Shown here one piece after another: positions 12,781-23,115 of a stretch of DNA of 64,000 nt (position 1 is the stretch's first letter; each line of letters opens with the position of its first letter). The position numbers and the translations under genes were made by a program. Location: NCBI GenBank assembly GCA_013265495.1, contig MU058836.1, positions 558,001 to 622,000 on the forward strand, in the 5' to 3' direction. Source of the DNA: Vicugna vicugna (Eukaryota). The notes under the pieces are model-generated. The model ran no database searches. It had not been told where the DNA came from and was given only the letters and a program-made list of their open reading frames with translations.

Positions 12781-13942
12781 TAAAACTATAAAACTTAAAA
12801 AAAAATAAGATAAAATCTGCATAATGTAGAGCTAGGCAAAGTTCTTAGATATAATACCAAAAGCACAATCCAGAGAAGAAAAAATGAGTAAGTTGAACTT
12901 TATCAAAATTTAAAAACTTGCTCTGTAAAAGATATCTCCATGAGGGTGAAAAAGCAAGCTGTGGAGTAGGAGAAAATATTTGCAAAGCACATATCTGCAA
13001 AAGACTAGTGTCTAAAAGAATACTCACAACTCAACGTTAAGAGAACAAATAATCAATTAGAAAGTTGGCAAGATACATGAAGAGACATTTCACTGAAGAG
13101 GATAGACAGATGGAAAATAAACACGTGAAAAGATGTTCAACATTGTTAGTCATTAGGGAAATACAAATAAAAACTTCAATGAGCATCACTACACACCTAT
13201 CAGAATAGCTAAGATAAAAAATGAGTGACAACACCAAATGCTAGCAAGAATGTGGAGAATTGCTGGTGGGAATGTAAAGTGGTCCAGTCACTGTGAATAG
13301 TTTGGCAGCTTCTTACAACAACAAAACCTGCAGCTATCACATGACCAGCAATTATCCTCATTGGCATTTATCCCAGAGAAATGAAGACGCGCATCAACAC
13401 ATGTTTAGAGCAGCTTTATTCATAACAGTCAAAAGCAGAAGAAAACCCAGATGTCCTTCAAGGGGGTGAATGGATAAGTAAATTGTGGTATATTCATACC
13501 ATGGAATATTGCTCAGAAATATAATATCTCTAAAGACTGTCAATACATGCTACAATCTAGATGAAATCTCCACACAATTATGCTAAGTGAAAAAGTCAAC
13601 TTAAAAGGTTATCTATTGTATGATTCTGCTTATATAACATTCTTGAAATGACAAAATTATAGAAAAAGAATAGATGAGTGGTTTCTAGGAGTCGGGACTG
13701 ATGGAGGAAGGTGTGCGTGTCTGGAATCGGGCAAATCTAAGAGATTCACGTGGGGATGGAAATACTCTACATCTTGACTGCATTAGTGTGAATATCCTGG
13801 TTGTGATATTCTACTATAGCTCAATAGATTTATTATTGGAGGAAATTAGATAAAAGGTATATGGAATTTTCTGTATTATTTCTTGCAACTGTATGTGAGC
13901 ACAATTATGTCACAATAGAAAGCTTAATTTTAAAAATAAAAA
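12781..13942 (+). mobile_element. Older L1MC/L1MD-type 3' segment
   Basis: ORF2 C-terminal sequence restarts at ~12781; 3' end 'aaaggtatatggaattttctgtattatttcttgcaactgtatgtgag...ttttaaaaataaaaa'. Confidence 0.85.
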
Positions 13943-14594
13943 AGCTGAAGAACTCCTCTAGTCCAACCAAATAATTCACAGTTCAAGAAATCAAGGCTCT
14001 GAAGTGGTCATGACTGGAATCTGTTCTTTGGTCACCCATTGGCCAGTTTTTACATGGGAACAGGAAACACTTCCTCATGCTTCAGCTTGGACATCAGGTT
14101 GCTGGGATGGAGAGACCTGTGCCCCCCAAGTACCACATCACCAGATCCTCTCATTGGCTTTCCTTAGCACTAAGGTTCCCAAAGAAGGGGATGGGTGGAG
14201 AGAGCCATGAGGGGCTATGAGATATGACATGAAAAAGATTCTCTGCAGAACAGAATAATAAGGTGGTCAGGACAGAAGGAACATGGCTCCAAAGAGGTAA
14301 ATCCAAATGCAAAGGGAAAAATATAGGAAAAAACTAGGAACTCTTTGGAGGCAATTTCTGTGGCTGACAGATTTAGAGGGCAGTACTTGAACAGTGGGAG
14401 GAAAGGAATTCAAGTTCCACTCCAGTTTCCTTGGTGCAAAAAAGAAGTGCTGGTTGACACAGGAAACCACAGATTTCTTAGACACTGATGTCTCCAGAGC
14501 GGGGGAAAAAGTTTCAAATTCTTTCTTTATTAAAGCAAGAAGAGTCCAAAGGATTCCACCCAAATCAAGGACTATAAAACTTTGAGAGAGCTTC

Positions 14595-14626
14595 GTGTGT
14601 GCGTGCGTGTGTGTGTGTGTGTGTGT
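14595..14626. repeat. (TG/CG)n microsatellite
   Basis: direct reading. Confidence 0.9.
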
Positions 14627-17609
14627 AAGAGAGAACACACTCACCTGTCTTGGTAACTTGGTAGGTTATAACCGATGAGAGACTGCGACACTGCTACACC
14701 CAGGAAACAAACAGAGACCAGTGCCACCTAACAAAGTGGATAATAGTCTAAAAGCACAGATGTATTAAAAAATGGCAAACTGGCTCAAATCCAGGAAACA
14801 GGTGGTAACTTTTAAGAAAAAAGTAGTCAGAAATAGGAAGGTGCTTACCTCGTGGACAAGCATTATCGACACTTTGGTCTATCCTGTATAAAATAACCCA
14901 TAATGGGGGTATAATTTCAAAAATGGACACATTTGCTAAGAGTGTAATTAGAACAGAGGGTTTGGTGTATCCAGGCAGAAGGAGCACGCTGCGTGCAAGG
15001 GGGGTCCTAGAGTCCTTCTCCTTGGCCTGGATCTCAGCTTCCCCTCGAGAGGCGCTGTCTGGGGCGAGATGCTAGCTACAGCTTTGGGAGGCAACATCTC
15101 TGAACCTGAGCCCCCTTAAATTGTTCACGGAACATGGAAGAGTACAAATTAAATAAAAATAATAAATAGAAAGGCTGGGAGAGAAACCCCCTGTAAAAAT
15201 GGAGAGCCCAGTGGATGAAGCTTCTAAGAATCGTTCTGGGCCCCAACCCAGAGCAGCAGCAAAGCAGCTCTAATGTGGGCCCCGTGGTTTGTGTGGGGTG
15301 GGGGGCCCCTCTGCTCTGCAGTTACTGGATGAGAAGCTTAGAATGTGGCTGGGGTGTGACAGGGAGGTGGGGAGGTAGGAGAGAGAAAGACTGAGAAGGA
15401 TACACTGAAGATACAGGTGAAACTTGGAATAGTAAGGCCCACGTCGGATTATCGCTCCCAGGGATTGCCCGGAGAGAGGGAAGCAGCGGGTGTCACTGAA
15501 ATGAAACAGTTGAAGGGCCTGCTGGTCTGAGAGTGAGAAGACCCAGAGAAGGCAACAGAGAGGGCCTGGAGGAATCCCCAGGGGGGAGGAGGAAACCAGT
15601 GTTTACAAGGCCCTGGCAGAGGCAGCCACAGTGTCGTCAGGCTCATGTACTGGGGACAGAGAAATAACTGGGGCTTGCCACCAAAAGACAGCCTCGCATC
15701 CCAGGTCGGCTGCCTCCTGGATCTGCAGCCTGGATGACTCTAGCCTCAGTGTTCCCTGTTGTAAAGGGGCTTCTAGTAACAGCTGCTTCAGGAGGTTGCT
15801 GTAACAGCCAAAAGAATGGGAAAGGGCTTGCATGCTGGGTACACCTGTTTCTTGTTTGTTGTTGTTGAGAGAACAAATTCTGTCTCAGATGAGGAACACT
15901 GAGTCTCCCTTCTTGACGGGACTGTGAGAAAGAATGCTTTTGCCTTTGATCCGACTGCATATGATTCCGAAAATGCTTCCATTTCCAAGCACTCAGTGGT
16001 TGGTTTCAGGGTGTGTAACATCCACACAACAACCGTGATGTCTCTGGTCTTTGACTGTAATTCTTCCATGCATTCCAGCAAAATGTGCAGGTCTGTGCTT
16101 TCAAAGATCTTCATTCAGATGTAGAAACAGTTGACTCTTCATATATACGTGACAACAGTATTAAACTAGAAATGTGACATTAAAACAACAAGATATGGGT
16201 ATGCTAACTGTGCATTCTGCTACAGTTACTGTAGGTGGACTTCAGAGTCAACTCTGAGCTTCCTGGCAGCCACAGCAAGAAGGTAAGTATGTTGTATTAC
16301 TTAGTTCTCACTATCTGGGAGAAGAAGGTATGCCAATTTTTAAAAGAAATTTTAAAACAAATTTATTAGAGTGAATATTGTGATAGCTTCAAAAATAGTT
16401 CTACAGCAAATGCAGAAATGTTTTTAAGATGGCTGTTTCTTCTACCTGCCCTCAATAAAGACTGAGGGAGAGACACTAAAGCATATCTCCAAACAATTGG
16501 ATCATTAGGAAGCTGATATCATTATCAAGGATAACGTGGTCCAGAAGTTTTTAGTGGTCCAGCTACCAGAATAGAACTCAGAACATGTTACAGAACCAGT
16601 GGAACACATTCCTACCACTAGCCATAGCCAATGTCAGGAACAGACTATGAATCAGAATTAGGGACATGGGGCCTGGAAAGAGCACTTTCTCTGAGGTTCC
16701 TCCTGGTAATGCTGACATGAAGCCACATTCAAGAACCACTGATAAACTATCTTAGCAAAGGAATTAAGCAACACACAAGCAAAGGTCAGATCCTCCCAAA
16801 AGGACCATGAAGTATTTACTGTTGGTAGCTGACTCTTATAAAAATGTAAACAAACCCTTGGTCACCCCCAAGTAATTTGAAAAAACCTTCACTTGCATTT
16901 GATGCGCCCTGGCACCCCTGTCTTTGCATGGTCCTTCAAACATGAGATGAGATGAGATGGTTAGGCAGTTCTGGCCTTGGGAACAGAATTTTGGCTTTGG
17001 AAGGGTCGTGCTCATTCAGGCCTCAAGCACTTCACTCATGCTGCTATTCTTGTCTGATATCTCCTTTCCCTGCTCACCCCGCCCCACCCCACCCATTCCC
17101 ATCCCCCACCTTGCCAACTCCTACTCATCCTTGTGATCTCCGTTTAAATGTCACTCCATACAGAAAGGCCTCCCTGGACATACGTTGACAAAGCCAGCCT
17201 GCCATCAGCTCCTTCCTGACCATCCCAAGGACTGTAACCTCCTGTTCAGTAGTGTCTTCTCCAACCTACTGTCAGCTCTGCACAGGCAGATTCTGTTTGG
17301 TCATCTTTACCCCGTGTCTCCGGTACTCAGGAGAAAGCCTGGTGCATGATAGGTGTCCAAGAAATACTTGTGGAACGGATGAACGAATGTCTGGCCTGCC
17401 CTGCTGCATGGATGCAGAACCTGAGGACCAGAGAGGCGCTTACTCAGGAGTTCAACTGAGCATCAGTCACAGAGCCAGGACCAGGAATAAAGACGATGAT
17501 GAAAATGCCCTGACCCTTTACTAAGTTCCTGGCACTGTGCTAAATGCTATTCATCCATTATCTAGGTCAACCCTCCTCAGATGACTGTGAGGTAGTTCCT
17601 AAAACCAGG

Positions 17610-18345
17610 TGCCGTCCTGGATTCTCTCTTTTCCACACCCTCTCAGCTAACCCCTCGTCAAATTCTGCCAGCCCTACCCACCAAAACCACATCTGAATCT
17701 GACATCACTTTATCTCCACCGTAGCCTAAACCACTGGAATTGATTGCCCAGACCACTGCAACAGCCACACACTGATCTCCCTGCTTTATTTAACTCTTGC
17801 CCCTGCCCTAGATTTATTCTCCACCAGCAGCCGGAGCGATACTGCCATTGCCAGAGAGGCCATGCCATTCTTCTGCTTAAAACCCTCTCACTTTCCATCA
17901 CACGGTGATGAAATATAAGTTCCTTACCACAGCCTGCGAGACCCATCTGGCCCCGCCAGCTTTCTGACCTCCTCAACCACTTTCCCCATTTCTTGCTTCT
18001 CTCATCCACACTGGGCACCTTTCAGACCTCTGGCACCTAGAGCTTATCTAACATGTACCCATTCCCAGACTGTCCCGTCCACTTGAAGCCCTCCTCCTCT
18101 CTCACTGCCCAGCTTCAGGTTCGGGCATAGCTGGCTCATTCTTGCCATTCTGATCTCATTCAAATGTCCTATTTCCTGTATCACTCTTTATTAGTCATTC
18201 ACTTCCTTCACTGTCATGTTGACCCCTGAGTTATCATCAGCCCCTAAGACCTCCTCTAACTCATTCACCACTGTATCTCCCCACCCTTGTCTAGAATGGT
18301 ACTTGCTCACTGCTTAGAATAAATGTTTCGAATGAATCAATCAAT
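17610..18345 (+). mobile_element. L2 LINE 3' region
   Basis: 'tttattctccaccagcagccggagcgat...catgccattcttctgcttaaaaccctc' through terminal 'aataaatgtttcgaatgaatcaatc'. Confidence 0.75.
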
Positions 18346-18349
18346 ATGC

Positions 18350-18465
18350 ATTTTTCAGATGGAAAAAAAAAAACTGAGGCTCAGAGAAATCAAGTGAGTT
18401 GCCCAAGATCGCACATTTATGAAATGGCGGAACTGGGATTCAACCACATGCAACCTCTCTCCAGA
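18350..18465 (-). mobile_element. MIR SINE
   Basis: 'ttttcagatgg...aaactgaggctcagagaaatcaagtgagttgcccaagatc...ctgggattcaacc'. Confidence 0.8.
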
Positions 18466-20889
18466 AACTTCACTCAATCCTAAAGTCCAAATTTTCTAGC
18501 TTGAGTGCAGTGACCAATTCCCTCCACCATTCTGGGTTCTCAGAAGGGAAAGACTTTGTGGATTTTCCCTCTAGATGGCTGAGATCCGCAGATGAATCCC
18601 TGGGCTCAAAGAAACCATCCTTCTCACCATGGACTTGGGCAGACATGGCGCCAGGGTTCCATCAGCTACTCCCAGCCTCCACTCTGCCAATCCAGGAAAA
18701 CAGTCCTCAGTCAACCCCATTTCTGGGTCTCAGATGGTAAGAACGGTTCTACTCTCAATGCCCTAGAGCCACTGGGGAGGCGGTGATAGGTAAAAGTGAG
18801 ACGTGACTTCACTTGCGATGTGCACAGGGCTTTCTCTCCAGAACACTGAGTGTGAGAGGCCCTCGGGTCACCCACACAGCGAGGTGCAGTGGAGTGGTGA
18901 GAGGGGCTCACCTGGGGGGGAGAACTCTGTGTCCCAGAGTCCAGGTTTCATCCCCTGCTATCCTGGGACTCTGTGTGGGTCACAGCAGGAGCCCAGGAGA
19001 ATCCTGGCTCTGCCCAGCACTGGGTTTATTCGCTCAGGAAAGTCATTTCGCTGAGCCTCCGCTTGCTCATCCATGAAGGCGTGAGACTAACCCCTGCCGC
19101 ACAGTCCCTGTACGCCCGCCTTCATTCTCTCCACTCAGGTGATAAAGCTGGGTAAGAAAGAAAGTCACTCTGAGGATAAAGTTGCAGGGGAGGAGATGAG
19201 GTGGCAGGGATCTGAATCATGTTAATATACCACTGCCTTGCACCGCACTGTTGCTTTACAAGGTGCATTCACACCTATTGTCTCTGTGACTTCTTGCCGC
19301 CCTCCGATATACACATTACTATTATCATAATCACCCCTACCTCGTGCAGACAGCATCCTCCAGAGAGAGATTCTCAGTCTCAGATACCCAGAACCACAAA
19401 GCAGAGGGGAATTGTAAAAAGCAGACATCTGTAGTTAGAAGACTTGTATTTGAATTTGCCATTTACCGGGTCAATCCTTATCAAAGTCTCTGAACGTCAG
19501 TTCTCTCTTCTGTGAAATGGGGACAATAATTTCCCCCAGAGCTGTGATCTTGCCAGCGAAATGCTTTAAGATGAACACCTGGTGCCATAAGGTGCACTTT
19601 GCAATTCATCTCATTGGAGGAGGCCACTGGCTTCCTATCTCATTTTTCATGAAGCAGAACTAGTTCTTTCGAAAAGTGATACTTCCTGCCTGCCTTCTGG
19701 AATGTAGGAGAAGGTTCTAACATAATCTGGCATGGGCCTCTCTTCTTGGAACCACGTGGTATAATTGTGGCCTTGAGAAAACATGAATGTGAGACGTCAG
19801 AAGCCACTCAGCCACACGCAGAGGGCCCTGGCCCCGGCTGGGCCATCACCCATGGGTCAGCCTTGTCCACTCTCAGAGAGGTCTCAGAAATCCCAGGGCC
19901 GCGGTCCGGAAAGTATCCAGAGAAGGACAGCTTTGCCACAAAGCCCAAGGAGCCTGTGCCTGGGCTGTTAGAGGGCAGAGGTTGCCCAGGTGAGCTGATC
20001 CTGCGCCTTCTCAGGTGGAAGGGGCCAGAGTCACCCATCCCCGTCGGCCCCCGAGGCTGAAGGCACCACCGTGGAGCCCCACAGCGAGGGCCCTGTGGAC
20101 GACCCCAGGCCCAGCACACAGCTGCCCTCGACCTCCCCATGCTGGCAACCACTTCCTGTGCTGTTTAACGGCAGCAAGAGGAGCCATGGCCTGCCCTGGG
20201 GAGTGTCTGCGGCGCGAGTAGGAGTGGAATTGATTTTCCAGATTAACTGTCATCCCTGGCTGGGAAGCAGCAGGCACAGGAACTGAGCGACCTTCCTCGG
20301 CTTTCTCCTGCTTCAGAAATCCCTTTCTCCGCCAGGTGTCTGGCAAGGCTAGAGGTGGGTCCTACCGGGTCTTTTCCTGGCCACTGAAGGATAAAATACT
20401 CCAGCGAGCAAGCATGCGGAGGCCTCAAGAGAACGTCTGGTAAGAAGGGCTCACCCTGTGCACATCAGTTCCGTCTTCTTTGCTGTGTGGTCCTAGGCAA
20501 ATTGCTTAACCTCTCTGAAACCTCCAATCCTTGTCCGAAAGAAAACACATGGACTACTAGCCCATACTTAAGCATATGTTTGTGCCAATTAGAGATAATG
20601 TGTATAAAGTGCCTGGGCCATAAAGGAAGGGTGGCCATCATTCAATTCCCGCCTCTCCAGGAACTGACGTCACTAGGGCTGTTCTCCCAAATTAGGCTGA
20701 AATTTTCAACAGGAAATATACAAAATAATAAAAGAGGTCAAAAAGGAACTGAACAAATAAACATCTTACTTAAAATAGAAAATTGTCAGGTTCCCATAGT
20801 CCCCATTCTTAATGGTTACAAACCTTGGTAGTTGAGATCTTCTTCCCCACCAAGCTGACCTGCTCATCTCAGAACAGATCTAGAGGTTT

Positions 20890-20990
20890 AGCTAATCCTG
20901 TTTCTTGGGTCAGTGCCAAACCTCTTCCTTATTAATTTTAACCCGTTTCCTTTGGAATCTCCTTCTGGCATAAGATACCTGGTTCCCATG
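20890..20990 (-). mobile_element. CR1/L3-family 3' ORF2 remnant
   Basis: minus-strand translation 'GDSKGNGLKLIRKRFGTDPRNRI' resembles the CR1 C-terminal motif 'RTRGNGxKLxxxRFRLDIRKNFF'. Confidence 0.55.
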
Positions 20991-21126
20991 TTACTTGTAA
21001 GACTTGGAGGTCCGTCTATTGAGATCCAGGGAATGGCCTGGATTATCATCAGACTTGCCTGGGATGTCACTGTGCACCCACTCCTTTGAGAATCAGCTTC
21101 CCTGCCACTGTTTGTAACCCAGCATC

Positions 21127-21291
21127 CAGTGTTTCTCATCTAAATAAGGATTACACTGGGTGCTTGTCAAAGATGCAGGGTCCTGGGTTACACCTATGCC
21201 CACCAAGCTGAGTCTCTAAGGGTAAAGCTAGGAATCTGCCCATGTATCAGCCCCAACTCATTACTATTCCCATGAAAGATTAAGAACCACT
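21127..21291. mobile_element. MER5-like hAT-Charlie element
   Basis: ends 'cagtgtttctca' and 'aaagattaagaaccact'; internal 'aagatgcagggtcctggg...ctaggaatctgc'. Confidence 0.7.
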
Positions 21292-22293
21292 CAAGTACCA
21301 TAACAGGAAGGACTGCTTTTATCTGTTGGGAAGAAAATGTAAACATTTGAGTGAGGCTATCGACTGTGCAGAAGCATTTACTGTCTAGGAGTGCCTCCCA
21401 TGTTCAAAGAACCATGATGAGGAATCTTAGGGCAGAGGACTAGTTCCATATCCAGTTGATCTATATATCATTTCATGCAGCACAGAGCTGGCCAGCAGGC
21501 TTTGTGTACTGAATATCGAGTTTACGTCAACCTCCATATGGTGGGCGAAAGGGAGAGAAGCATTTTATTTTTATTTGAATGTTGCCAGAATGAACTTAGT
21601 TTTATAGTATTACAGATTACTTGATGTCAAAGGAAAAAGAATTTGTGCACGCACACACACACACACACACATTTGGCTAACAAAATCAGGACATATTCTC
21701 TCTGACTTACAGTGAAAAGAAGGAAAAGAAGTAGTATTGAGGGCCTACTAGGCCTCCAGTATGTTTATATAATCATCCGATATATTCCTCCAAATTGCCT
21801 TACGGAGGTGTCTTAGTTCCCTCTTTAGACAAAAATTGCGGCACAGAGTTGAATAATTTTCCCTATTTCTCTTATTAAGTGGCACAGCTCATCTTCACAC
21901 TGGAGTCTGGCTGATTTGAGACCTGCACCCTTGGTCTTTAGCCTTTGTTTCTTTCTTAATTTTATATTGGCATGGCCCTTCATATTAAACAAAGCTTGTA
22001 TAAGGAGATCAGGGCCTACTAGGGAATATAAAGGAAATGGACAAATGTCTATATTAAGACATTGACCTGGATTTGAAGAGAGAGATCGCATTACAGGGGT
22101 GCCAAGGAGGTCTCATTTGCCTCTCACTGTAGGGATCTGGGATTGGCCTGGAAGCATGGGAACGCTTGCTCCAGGGGAGAGAGAGGAGAGGGTGTGTCAG
22201 CTGGCAGGGACAGCATGAGGAATTATGTGGAGGTGGAAATAGCAAGACACCTAGATGAGCAGCTAAGGCCCCGAGAAGAAAGCACGCCTGGGC

Positions 22294-22420
22294 TTATAAT
22301 ATAATAATATATTATGAATTATATACATTATTAATTATATAAATATAATTATAATAATATACTGTGATATGATAATGTAATGATGTAATATAGTATTATA
22401 ATATTAATACATAATATGGC
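22294..22420. repeat. AT-rich low-complexity tract
   Basis: degenerate (TAA/TATAA)n. Confidence 0.85.
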
Positions 22421-22689
22421 TACCTGATGTAATTTAATTTTTCTCTAGCAATGCTTTGCAGGCTTGGAGACTGGGGGCCAAAGACCACCCCCAGGACTTG
22501 TTCAGGTAGTAACAGCCAGATGTCAATGCATAAGGGTTGGCAGGAAGGGCCCTACTCCTGGAAAAGCTGGCTCGGGAGCCCCACTGGGCCGTAAAGCAAG
22601 GGGCCTGGTAGGAGGAAGTTGAAATGGACCAGTGGGACACGGAGGACAGGTGATTAACAGAAGGAGCCCATAGCGAGAGGCTCAGCAAT

Positions 22690-23115
22690 TTGGATGCCCT
22701 CAGCTGAAAGGAACAGAAAAACCTTAAATCAAATTAGTTTAAATGACGAGGGAATAGGTGAGTTAATCCGTGGACAAAAAGTCGTGGGCAGGGCGTCACC
22801 GGATGGGGGCGTGAGGGCTCTCACGGCTCCTCTTACAACCCAGGGGCTCTGCCCTTCATTATACATGTCGGCTTCACCCTCTGGCTGGCAGCAAAGTGGC
22901 TGCAGGAATTAGAGAGGTCACCTTCAAAGAGTACCTCATCCAGAGGAAAACAGGGACTGTCTCTTTCTTATGTCTCTTATTAGGAGAAAGGAAACCCTTT
23001 CCCCAAAGCCTTCCCAACAGACTTCCTCTCATGTCTCATCAGCCAGAACCAGGTCCCTTGCTCACGGTTAAACCCAGCACAGCAGAAGGTAAGAATCCTC
23101 GTGATTGACTTACCA
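22690..23115. mobile_element. Old MaLR LTR (MLT1K/L-like)
   Basis: 'cagcaaagtggctgcagg...aggaaaccctttccccaaagccttcccaacagacttcctctcatgtctcatcagccagaaccaggtc'. Confidence 0.65.

Noticed and set aside
15643..16124. Overlapping 66-108 aa ORFs in unique sequence (possible pseudogene or exon)
   Set aside because: I translated the frames and recognised no protein; no poly(A)/TSD or convincing exon boundaries
19800..20430. GC-richer stretch with some CpGs, possible CpG island or promoter
   Set aside because: CpG density looks well below island level, and no first-exon structure is evident; the ORFs here are GC-content artefacts
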